Shown: positions 12,411 through 24,299 of the stretch, piece by piece | Position numbering within the stretch: the stretch's first letter is position 1 | Layout of the letters: the number at the start of each line of letters is the position of its first letter | Assembly: GCA_964016885.1 (NCBI GenBank) | Contig: OZ024741.1 | Coordinates: 237,460,001-237,524,000 of the forward strand | From: Eledone cirrhosa | Lineage: Eukaryota | Length of the DNA stretch: 64,000 bases | Direction of reading: 5' to 3' | Program-made: the position numbers and the translations under genes | The notes under the pieces: model-generated | What the model saw: the letters and a program-made list of their open reading frames with translations, nothing else | The model's database searches: none | Told to the model about the DNA's origin: nothing

Positions 12411-14650
12411 CTAGAATTAATAGTAAAATCTCCTTCAAATCATGCTCCATTGTCTTCAAAAAGAAAATAACACATTAATAATGCAGTCATGGATTTATTC
12501 TATGTCTGAATTAATGACTGACTTCTATTGGTAAAATACCAAAGAGGAACCATCTTTCACCTTTTATTTGTATGATAGCACAAAAAGACCATCTTTTACT
12601 AGTATGGTAACAAAAATAGACCATTTATTCGTATGGAAACAAAGACAGACCTTCTTTTGACTGAATACAATTTCTCTAGGCATTCATAAAGGCATTGTGT
12701 GCAATAGATGCACTCTAATTGCTGTAAACAGCAATAAATAATAGAAGAGGGTGACTGGCACAAAGTGATACTACACAGCTTGTTAGAATATTGCAGACTG
12801 TGTGTGTGTGTTATCAACTATAATAATAAAACATCACCTGTGTTTGTGTGTGTATATATATATATACATATCTGTAACTCTTTAAAATTTACACACAAGC
12901 ATTTTCTATATCAGTCATGTGGCTCCAATAAGAAATTCTAATCACAAGTCCTGAGATTTAAACCTACATGTAAATAGTTACTCATGCATTTAATCATGTA
13001 TGTAATGTGTACATGTATGCTGAACATTTTGATAATTATATTCTAGAAATAAAATATTAATCTATAATTTTTATCTTTAATCACTTCCAAGAGCCAGTAA
13101 TCAACACAACTATAGGGTTTCTCTTATGCAAACAATGAATTTATCAAAATGCAAATTTCCTAGCTTGTACGAGTGTTCATATATCCAGTAATCCAGGTAT
13201 ATATGGCATATCAATTCTGAACTCCCAAAATTAAATACACTCAACACTATTGCTGTAGTTATTAAAAACACTGGTCCACTAGTCATAAATAAATACTACA
13301 TGAATACTTCTGTGTATGTCTGTGTGAAATGTTTAGAATGTTTAAGTACATACATACATACACCAACACTGTTATCATCATCACTAGTTCCTCCTGATCC
13401 ACATTTCCTAAACATACTATCACTCCAGTATCTCTGTTTATATATATATACATATCCACACAATCACTAATACTGTGATGTCCTTGGATTCATACAAACA
13501 CATGCAGAATAAGATATAGACACACATGCTGAGTAAGATATATACACACATACATGCATGCAGATACATACACAGAGTAAGACATAGACACACATGCACA
13601 CACTCACATGTCAGAATCTTAATAGAATGCTTATGAAATATTTCGATGAGGTTCCCAGTAGCCCAAGTCATCCCAGATTGAACAAACCTATGATCAAAAG
13701 CATTCCAGCCATAACCACCTAGTCCGTTTTGTCAAGCATTGTATACCGAGGTTTAATTTATACGAGTTCTATTTTTTTTAAGATTGTAGGATGTAATTTA
13801 AAGGAGATTTGGCTGCAATTTCTAGCAGGTTGAGAAACCACATAAAAGTTTCCTATGTATGTGTATGTATGGATGTTGGTCCACATTTTGTAGCTGTGTC
13901 ACATGTATATGATCTATATACACATGCATATACATGCTGCATGTGAAGGTTATGTGCGTACTGTATATGTAAGACATATTTATGAGTATGTGTATGCATG
14001 TGCATATCTACCTATCTGTGTGTCTACACTGCTATGTACAAGACTCAATGGAAGGATAAGACATCATGCAAGCCTGACAAAGTGGAAGGTGAGCTGAGGG
14101 AGTGCATGCATGTTATTAGTGTTATATCCACTGGACACAGATGATAATGCAGCCATGGGCTGATGATTGAGAACTTGTAGTGTTGTGGTATTCCATGTCT
14201 TGTGTTCAATACACACCAGGAAACTGTCAGCTGTCAAATGGTATTGAACTCTTGGTGTCGGCTTCATCCAAGTGCAACATAAGCTCATGTCAGCTTAGTA
14301 TATTAGATGAGAGAAGATATCAATACTAACTTGATGACAGGAGATATTGGTTTCTAATTTAGGCACAAGGCCAGGAAATTTTGGGAAAGAGCAAAGTTGA
14401 TTAAATCAACTGTAGTACTTGACTGGTACTGATCCCAGAAGGAGGTAATGTAAAGTAGATTTTGGCAGGATTTGAATTCAGAATGTAAAGAGCCAGAACA
14501 AATGCTGCAATGACATGGTTAATAACAATATTTCTTTTTGCAGGTTATGGAGGGGGTGCACAAGAGAACTCCATCTCATAAATTTGTAGTTTGACATTTC
14601 ATTCTTCTAAATGTTTTCACAAATGTTGAAGTGATAAATAATGTTTGACT

Positions 14651-16126
14651 CTACAGGGTTGATTTTTCAACAAAAGCCTCTGAGGGCTTGTGAATAGCTT
14701 CGTGTCGTTTTAGGTGAGCCTTGCGGGAAAATGACACCCCACACTCTAAACATGAATAAGGTTTCTCACCTGTGTGAATCATTTCATGCCTCTTCAGAGT
14801 CGAACTCTTTGAAAAAGTGTTGCCACAGTAACTGCAGGTAAATGCTTTTTGCCCCGTATGGTTCTTTCGATGAATGGCCAAACCATCTTTACGTGAGAAG
14901 AGTTTGCCACAGAATTCACAAGTGAATGGCTTCTCGCCTGTATGAATTCTAAGATGTAATAGAAGAGTAAAGTTTTGAGTGAACCCCTTCCCACACACTG
15001 TACAAGGAAAGGGTTTAATGGCAGCATGGACCCGTTTGTGTTTTGTTAATATGGAATTTAAAGCAAAACCTTTCCCACATTCCTCACACTTGAATGGTTT
15101 GTTACCAGTGTGAGTGGCATGGTGAGATTTCAACTGTCCTCCTTGTGCAAATTCCTTGCCACAGATATCACACTGATACATTTTCTTGCCAGAATGCAGT
15201 CTTTCATGTATTTTTAGAGATGAACTACATGCAAAATGTTTTTGGCAAGTATTACATTTAAACAGTTTCTCCCCAGAGTGGGTAAGTCGATGTCGTTTGA
15301 GGACATGAACTAAAGTAAACTGTTTGCCACAAATCTCACAAGTATATGCTTTTTCTCCAGAGTGGTTCTTGAAATGTGTTGTCAAGCCTGATTTCTGGGA
15401 ATAGGTTTTGCCACAGACATTACAAGCAAACGGTCTTTCTCCAGTGTGTGTCTTTTTATGACGCTTTAGAGCATAGGTCTGTGTAAAAGATTTATCACAG
15501 ACATCACATGCATGTGCCTTCTTGTCAAGGTGATTCTTTGTATGACTTACCCATCCGGATTTTTGTGAGAACTTCTTTCCGCATATCGAACACACAAATG
15601 GCTTTTCTCCTGTATGAATCCTGACATGGCCTTCTAGAGCAAAGCTTCGAACAAATGACTTGCCACATACTTTACAAACATGGGGCTTCACACTGGCATG
15701 GATTCTCATGTGGCTACGCATTATCCCAGCCTGGGCAAAGGCTTTCCCACAGATTTCACAGACATGGTTCCGAACATTTGAATGACTCAATTTATGCATT
15801 TTCAAATGATCACTCCGGGAAAAGACTTTTTCACAAGTATCACATTTATATGTTTTCCGTTTTCTGCTGGAACCATTAGCATTCTTCGACTCAGTTGGAG
15901 GCAATTTTTTTACCTTATCATTTAATGTTTCAACTTTTTTTTCGACTTTAGCTGATGGAATAGTTTTGGAAAGTTTTGATTTTTCTGTCAATCCAAAAGT
16001 CTTGAGGAACTGACTAGAGTCCTTCCGGTTGTCACCATCACAACTATTAGAAACATGTAGATCTAAATCTGACTGATTCGAGAATGTTTCATGACAATCT
16101 TTACATTCATATGGTTTTTCTTCCAT
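14651..16126 (-). CDS. C2H2 zinc-finger protein ZNF-A, 491 aa from the first ATG, single coding exon, 14 tandem C2H2 fingers plus one isolated N-terminal C2HC finger
   Basis: Uninterrupted ORF (the track starts at TTG 16141; first ATG at 16126). CxxC-x12-HxxxH units with TGEKP-type linkers; RKRK basic patch before the array. Confidence 0.95.
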   Translation of the reverse strand: MEEKPYECKDCHETFSNQSDLDLHVSNSCDGDNRKDSSQFLKTFGLTEKSKLSKTIPSAKVEKKVETLNDKVKKLPPTESKNANGSSRKRKTYKCDTCEKVFSRSDHLKMHKLSHSNVRNHVCEICGKAFAQAGIMRSHMRIHASVKPHVCKVCGKSFVRSFALEGHVRIHTGEKPFVCSICGKKFSQKSGWVSHTKNHLDKKAHACDVCDKSFTQTYALKRHKKTHTGERPFACNVCGKTYSQKSGLTTHFKNHSGEKAYTCEICGKQFTLVHVLKRHRLTHSGEKLFKCNTCQKHFACSSSLKIHERLHSGKKMYQCDICGKEFAQGGQLKSHHATHTGNKPFKCEECGKGFALNSILTKHKRVHAAIKPFPCTVCGKGFTQNFTLLLHLRIHTGEKPFTCEFCGKLFSRKDGLAIHRKNHTGQKAFTCSYCGNTFSKSSTLKRHEMIHTGEKPYSCLECGVSFSRKAHLKRHEAIHKPSEAFVEKSTL

Positions 16127-17593
16127 CTTGAACACTTGCAAGCAATTAACAATGGAACAAAGTTAGGAGGACCATGTGATTAGTTGAAGTTCACTGTTAA
16201 TGGTGTTGTTCAGAGGTAGTTCATGTACAGTCAAGTTGGTAATCACTGTTAAAATTTACTCAACTGTCACAGAAGGGAAGTTAGTTAATATACCCTGTTA
16301 AGAGAGAAATTACATTATAGTTGTTGGTCACAATTAATTGGTGTCCATGTGTCTGGAAGGGTGAACATCAGTCATATCTGTTCAGTTTCATTTCAAATAA
16401 TAACAATAATATTTCTTAATATTTTACAAACATCAGATATCTGCTGTTACTGCTGCTGGTTGTTTAACAGGGTATTATAACAATAGTTCAACTGACAATT
16501 CTGTACACCCACCTCTTCATCTTTCAATTTTTGCATATCTTCATCTTTCAGTGAAAACTGGAAGATTTACCTGAAAATTTAGAAACATAAATAAATTAAC
16601 ATCATGGTTCATTATATTTAACTCTTTTGTTACTATATATTTCTAACAAAAATATACTGCCATTGTGTTTTAATTATCAAAATAATCATTAATTAAGAGA
16701 GGTTTTAGTGAAATAACTAACTTTCAACTTAATAACAAATGACAAATATTTAACAAGTAATGTCTAATATTATCGGGTATGTAATAATTCTTCCTAACAT
16801 TGGCACAAGGGCAGCAATTTGTAGGAAGGGGAAAGTTGATTATATTAATTCTGGTACTTAATTAGTAGTTTGTTTTATCAACACCAGAAAGATGAAAGGC
16901 AAAGTTAACCTTGGCGGGATGTAAACTCAGAATATACTATGTCATAACTAAATATCACAAAGCATTTTGATCAATGCTGCCATTTTCAAGTTTAAATTTG
17001 AACACTTTAACATTTAGTGTTCTAGCAATGAGTTTTCTCATTTTTTATGTATTCAAATACACTCTCGCTTCATCTCAGAGACAGCATTGTTTTTTCATTT
17101 AATCTTATCATAACTATGATTAGCTTTCTATTTAGGATAGACACCACAGCTTGAGGACCACTATCCTACTATTTTCCTTTTCTTTGTTTTCTTTCATCCT
17201 TCTATCTGTGCTGTTTGTTTTACGACGCACACATCATACCAGCAGATTTATTTTTCTGTTGCATGATCAAACATTTGAAAATGTTACTCTCAATTAAATC
17301 GTGCAAAATCATTTTACTGGTTTGAAAGCTGATGCAGGTGAAGATGTATGTGTAAACTTGTCTTTATTTCCTCTTCCTGTCACTTCTGTGTGCCAACACA
17401 CTTCTTGTCTTCCTCCTCTTTCAATCCTTTCTATATTTCATTTGCCTGTGACCCATATTGAGGATTGTCTCTCTGTTGATCACTGGCTGCTGGTCTGTCC
17501 TCTGAGACATTTTTGCCCAACACTGCCTTTAACAGAATTTAGCTGTTTTAATGGCTGTTCTAGAGCTGAGTTTTCTCATATTTTATGTATCTA

Positions 17594-18172
17594 CTAGCAG
17601 AATGGCTCGCCGTTGCTCGGGATTTGCTCTAGTGTTCTTATATATTTGATACATATTTATCCTTATCGAGCCTCATGAAATAAATACGTTTGTTTATATT
17701 TTGTTATTATGTATGCAAAAATATCTGTACACGAATATATAATTATATATATTAAAATAACAGAGTAAAGTTTAAGCAAAGAATCGCTGCTTTCACTCTT
17801 AACGGGATCTTCTGAAACTAAAAAAATCAATCTGTGAACGCAGAAGTAAATATTTCGAAAAACGTTACATACTATATATATATACGCACACTATATACAT
17901 ATAGCGACGTCATAATGCAGACAGCCAGACATACAGGCAGATATTATAAGGGCGCAACGTTATATCTATGTATTTATCTAAAAAGAAAGACTAAGAGAGA
18001 GATCGCTAAATCGCCTAATGTGGTCCCTAAAGCATTGAAAATTTGAAATATTTTTTGCTCAAAACACTCACAGGACCATAAGTATTACATGTGTAAAGTT
18101 TGAAAACAATCGGTTGGGTGGTTCTCGAGTTTTAGGGAGTCAGGCAGACATTCTCTGTTTTAGATATATAGA
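17594..18172 (-). mobile_element. Non-autonomous Helitron
   Basis: On the minus strand starts A|TC (tctatatatc) and ends CTAG|T, preceded by a GC-rich subterminal hairpin remnant; end shared with 57693-57720. Confidence 0.7.
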
Positions 18173-18195
18173 TATATATTTCACTGACATTACTT

Positions 18196-18382
18196 GGTGG
18201 ATTGGCAGTATCGGTAGAGGGTCGGACGCCATGCTTTGACGTATAGAGTTACGGCCCTTGCCATTCTGAGTTCAAATCCCGCCGAGGTTAACTTTGCCTT
18301 TCATCCTTACGGGGTCGATAAAATAAAGTACCAGTAATGCACTGGGTAATTGCTGGCCTTGTGCGAAAAGTAGAAACAATTA
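18196..18382 (+). mobile_element. SINE family 1 copy
   Basis: High identity to 61972-62160 and 53277-53466. Confidence 0.85.
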
Positions 18383-18552
18383 CTTATTTGTACATTTTAA
18401 GAATTCTCTGATGACACGAGATTGCATGAGATTTATATTTAATACCAAAGTCCTCGACTCACTGTTCAGATTATAATATAAGGACATATTTATAAATTAA
18501 TAATGGAGCTTTTAGAAACCTGTGTTAGAAGAATAAAATGTCTTAATGTTTT

Positions 18553-19330
18553 CATCATCATCATCGTTTAACGTCTATCTTCCATGCTAGCATGGGTTAG
18601 ACAGGAATTGTCCCATTTGAGGTAAGATTGGTTGGGTGACTGTGTCTCGCTTGTATAGGACTATCTGGCAGGTTTTCTACGGTTGGATGCCTAACACCAA
18701 CCACATTTACAGTGTGGACTGGGAGCTTTTTACCGTGTTACCTACACGACCACATTACAGTGTGGACTGTGTTTTTTTCCCCTTCTTACCCCGCCCCCCT
18801 TTCTCTCTTCCTTTTTTTTTGTTTGTCGTGACACCTACACAACCTCATTAGTTTGGACTGGATGTTATGGTACCAACATAACTTTATAAAGAAAGGGTGG
18901 TGTTGGCGATAGTGGAAGGGTGAAGTAGGGGTAGTGGGTTTGGATGTATGTTTGGTTTGGAGGGGCCTACTGACTGTAGGTTAACTTTGCACGTAGGGAA
19001 CGCGGGTCTTCTGTATTACTGCGTGGCACCAAAGATTTCAATCCAGTGACATTGTCTTAGAGCGGTGCAAGTGTGCAAGGTTGGAATTTATCAAGCCGTT
19101 CCAGGTTTTTCTGGGTCTACCTACTCCGTAACTTCCATCAATTTTGATCGCCCTGCAATTTTTTATACAGCTGTCATCTTTCTGCGCACCATGTGACCAT
19201 ACTAACGTAATCTCTCAAGTAAACAGCATCTGATCCCTCTTATTCCTAATTTCTCACTTAGTTTGTTTATGTTTAGCCGTTCATGTATATTTCTATTACA
19301 CATCCAACGGAGCATGCATGCTTCGTTTCA
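18553..19330 (-). mobile_element. RTE LINE 3' fragment
   Basis: (CAT)n at the left end, RTE 3' UTR motifs, and decayed C-terminal coding sequence (GRPRKTW, LR*YGH-like). Confidence 0.7.
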
Positions 19331-19674
19331 TATTGTCTATTTGTCTATTATATATATATATATCAATCTAGCCATCTAAATAGACATCTGTCAATGACTA
19401 TAGTATGGCAATTATGAAATTTAAACCGAGAAGCAACAGAAGACAGCATGAAAGTAAGATAGTTTCTCTATATAACTTATTGCTCATGAATTCTATCTCA
19501 AACACAGACACTCCTTGAAATATACATAAATATTGCCCCATATATAGATATATGTGGCCTACATGGACGGTGAAGCTATATCTAGTCAAACACAAATTGG
19601 TGTTTAACTGACAAACATCTCTCTTTCTCTTTCTATACACACACACACATATATATGTATATATATATATATAT

Positions 19675-19829
19675 AACGGAGGAAATGTGGTAAGGAACCA
19701 GGTGGACCATAACGCACCAAAGTACTCAATACTTAGGGTAGTAGAGTGGGTAATAGGAACGAGTAGGACCCCGACGGCTGAGCTCAGCCTCGAAACGGCT
19801 TGAGCTCAGCCGTCGGGGTCCTACTCGTT

Positions 19830-19834
<5 letters not shown>
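19675..19834. mobile_element. Foldback mini-element B1
   Basis: Perfect 34-bp inverted arms at 19753-19786 and 19801-19834, 78-nt tail on the left arm, (TA)n on both sides; same family as 48981-49477. Confidence 0.85.
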
Positions 19835-19921
<87 letters not shown>

Positions 19922-20444
19922 TATATATATATACACAGGTATACAGCATCCTTTTATGTCTGCTGCTCCATGCTTGCATGGGTCCTTCTCAGTAGTACAG
20001 TTTCTCTTCACTTGTGTTCCTTTGTCATCTCCTCCGTGAGCTTCAGCAATTTAAGATCAGCTCTCACTACTTCAGCCAGATCTTCCTCTACTGTGGCTTC
20101 CTTCCACTGGGATTACTTAGCATTTCTTCACCTAGTGATCATCATCCATGCACATCACAATCTCTTCTCCTGCACACAACATCTGATTCCTCTTATACTC
20201 AGTTTCTCTCTCAGTTCATTATTGCATTGTTGTTCTCACACATTAACATTCTACATTCATCAAAGTATGCATGCCTCACTTCTCTCCAGCTTTCACACAC
20301 TGGCATCATATAGCTGACATTTTGTTCATAGGGAGAAATCTTTTGTTGTCAACAAAGATAGTAGTTCCCTAAACTTCATCCTTCATGACTTTCTAGCTAC
20401 TATGTTCTCGGAACATACTCCTTCACTGCTAATTATATCAACTA

Positions 20445-21153
20445 GTGAGCAGAAGCTATCAATGACGTCTCTAAAGACATTAAGCATTCAACTTGGAGTT
20501 AGTGTGGCAAGTATACAGAATTATTCATGGAGATCTGAACATGCACAATATTTGTGCAATGTTTGTTTTCAGAGTGCTCAGTGACAAACAGAAGGAAAGA
20601 TGTGTTGATGACAGCATGGAGATGGTTGAGCTCATTACCTCCAATCCAAGAAAACTTGAGTCTCTGGTGACCTGTGACAAAAGCTGGATCTATTGTTATA
20701 ATCCAGAGACCATGAAGCAGTGCTCAAAGGAATAATTCTGGCTCCCTCAGACTCTAGAAGGCCAGGCAAAGCAAGTCCACTGGCAAGCTCATGATGATCT
20801 CCTCTTTCAATAACAAGGACATCATTTACACCCACTTACAAAAGGTCAGAACTCTTCCACTTGGGTCAGTGGCACCTGCACTGGGACAATGCACCAGTCA
20901 ACAATTTCATCCCGATAACCAACTACTTGACAGAGATGGGCATCAAAACTGTCCCTTACACCCCCTACAATCCAGACCTTGCATCCTATACCCTTTAGCT
21001 GTTCCCCAAACTGAAGGAAACCACATAATGGCTGGAATGCTACAAGTGCATTGAAGTCAGAAGATCCTACTTAGGAGATTAGAGTTTTGTACTTCTTTGA
21101 AATTAATAAATGTCTCTCCTGAAAAAGTCTAAAAACTTCTGGAATGCAACGCA
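20445..21153 (+). mobile_element. Decayed mariner (DD34D-type) transposon
   Basis: Peptides LVTCDKSWIYCYNPETMKQ (VTGDETW motif), HWDNAP and PYNPDLA...LFPKLK (YSPDLAP motif), with frameshifts and stops. Confidence 0.85.
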
Positions 21154-24100
21154 TATGTTTACACACATATATGTGTTTACGTGTAAATATCACCCATAAT
21201 AATACAGCTCATGTGTTTGTGTGTGTGTGTGTATATATATGTATACACACATGCATTTCCTGCCTCGTTCAAATTGCTACAATAAGATGGCTTTCCAACC
21301 CCAAGGCCCTGGTTTCTAACCTTACATTTGTCCCTGTAAATACATTTAATTCTGATTGTCATTTGTAAATATATACTTAGCATTTATATCATGAAAATAA
21401 ATTATTAAAATATCATTATCTTTAATCACTTCCATGTGTCAGTAATCAACATAAACCTATAGGTTTTCTCTTATGCAAATCATTAATTTATCAAAAGGCA
21501 AATTTCCCAGTTTATATGAGTGTTCATATATCCAGTAATCCTAGTATATATATATATCATACGAATCCTGGACTCCCAAAATTAAATACGTCAACGCTAT
21601 TGCCGTCATTATAAACGGCACTGGTCCACTAGTATATTTATAATGCAAATGTCTGTAACATGCAAGGGTGTGTATATTTACGTTTGCGTGCTTGCAAATG
21701 TTTATGTTCAGATGTTTGTACTTACGTGCAGAAAAGTGTGTATTTACGTACATATGTGCATGTGTTTACTTGCAAATGTGTGCTTATATTTAAACGTCTG
21801 TGTATTTCCAAACTCACATATGTAATTGCGTGCAAAATGTGTGTATATTTACTCTAACAAACTGTTCCGTTTGAAATGTTAGGTTTCACTGCATCAAAGC
21901 ATAACATTTATTCCACCATTCCACCGAGTGAACTTATATGTAAACATATGTGTGTGTTATGAGCAACTCTTATATATATATATATATATATATATGATTT
22001 TTAAGTGTATGTGTATGGGTGTAGTGAATGTGTTTGTGTAAAAACATGATTTTACGTAAACACATACATTTGCATGTAAGCTAATATACTTTTTCACGAT
22101 GAAAACAATATCCTGCCTACCTACAATTCAACCGATGTGTGTGTGTGTGAATTAGCCAATTAATTAACCATATAAACACCAATTTGTGTCTGACTAGATA
22201 TAGCTTCTTCCGTGTAGGCTACATATATCATCAATAGATAATTACCAATTGAGGACTTAGCTCTTTTCGTTATAAACAGGGCAATATCGTTACAAGGGTT
22301 CCAGATCGGTAATGTCTAGACATGTCAAATTATGTTTAATTGAAAGAAAACTATATACATCCTGTTGTTGAACTGGGTTCGGTTTCATACGTTCTCTCAC
22401 ACCTCCTCTCTCTCGCCAAATTGACAGTCTTGTTTAGACATTTTTCTTATACTTCAGACCACCTATCTCCCAAATAGCAGCTAAATCCCCCTCAAATCAT
22501 ACTTTATTGTCTTAGCAAAGAAAAGTACATATTAGAATAAAAGACATGGCTAGAATGCCTTTAATCAGAGGTCTGCTGGATAATCGCTGACCTGGGATGA
22601 ACAACAGAAATGGTATGAGCCAATAAAGGAACTTCTACGTGGTGGTTTGAACTAACAGCTAAATCTCCCTCAAATCACGTCTTTGGAAAGGAAGGGACAC
22701 GTTAGATAATGTATTCCTAGATCCATACTCTTAAACAGGCGGGATGGTCAGAGCAGGAACAGGTCATAGGTCAGCACGATCGGGGTCGACCTGGAGCTAA
22801 ACAACAACTAGGCAAGTATTCTTGGGGGGAAAAAAAATCAATTACACACACTCGCGTAGGATTGATGAAAACATCGTATTCAAAGAACAGATTCAATGTT
22901 TTTCTCATTTAGATGAAAATGGGAGATGCCACAAAACAACAATAAAAATACAGAAGTAGCTCTTGAACGATACCCAACTTAATCACATGGATGAATAATG
23001 CTTTTTTTTATATAACGTTCTTCGTGGAAAGCTGGGTGTCATGTTTAGTAAGAGAGGACGAAAGATGAGTATTTACAGGAAACAAATAATAGAGAAAAGT
23101 GCCTGCTTGAGAAATACGCAATGAATTAAGTAAATGGAGTTAGGTCTGTCTAATTAGGTACCGAGCTATCTGTATATGAGATTAGATGAAAATAAAAGAA
23201 ATAGTACTTTACCAGGAAGACAAAAATTAAACGAAAGATACAGTACACTCTTTCTCTCTCCTTGTTTCTTCCTATGTCTATATCTATTTCCCAGTTACTC
23301 TTTCTTTCTCTCCTTCGATTGATAGCAGTTACCTCCCCTAGATATCGTTTCTTTGAGTTTTCTGACCACTAGAATATCACACCTACACTATGAATTATAT
23401 ATAAAAAATAAACTTAAATAAATATAGCCTATGTAATTATAAGGCCATGTGGGTTTTAAGGAAATGAAAATGAAAATGGGTTGCTTTTATGCCATCTACC
23501 TTATGTTAGCCTACAATACAAGATTACCTCTTTAAAAAGTTTTTAGTCTTATAATACCATTCATATCTAAGATGCTTTATAGGAATAGTAAATCAACTTC
23601 AGCAATAGTACTTTATTTTATCGATTCACGAGGGATCAAATGTAAAATTTACTTCAGCAGGATTTGAACTCAGAATGTGATACCCTGTTACTAAATGCTA
23701 CAAAGCATTTTCTCTTGAGCTCTTCAATTGTCTCTAATCTTATAAATCTTTCTAAAGGAATATTCCAAAGAGATGGTTTGTCTGTGTTTCTGTTTATTGT
23801 GCCACTAAATCTACTGTAATTTCATCATCATCATCATAATTGTTTAACATCCATTTCCCTGCTAGCAAGGGTTGGACGTGTCACAGACCAGTCAGTACTT
23901 AAGTGGCACCACTGAGCTCCAGGTAGGCCAGGAGCTTGACATATGATCCTGTGTTCTACAAAGGAGTTTGTCATATATATGGCACACCTGAAGAGTCTTC
24001 CCAACCCTTTGTTTGGCAAGTAGGTAATCAACACTAGTGAAGTTTTACCCATGACACAACTAAAAGTCCTCTCATCTCTTTTGGCATCATTTCTTTTCCA

Positions 24101-24299
24101 AAACTCAAGTGGTTATGTACTAGAGTCTAATGTACCCCCACAGTTTTTTTTTTGTAGATGACAAGATTTATATGAGAGACATATAATACTGAAAAACAGT
24201 TGGATTTAATAATAGAATTTTCAGTTGATTTAAGATAGGAATTTGGTCAAAAGAATGTTCATAATTGATAGCTCAATGTGAAAAAACTTCTCAAACCAA

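Noticed and set aside
16127-16141. TTG start of the 496-aa ORF
   Set aside because: Eukaryotic gene; the first in-frame ATG at 16126 is the more plausible start.
19545-22229. Inverted ~60-bp match between 19545-19607 and 22173-22229 as TIRs of a large element
   Set aside because: Imperfect, no TSD and unrelated interior; more simply two copies of a dispersed repeat.
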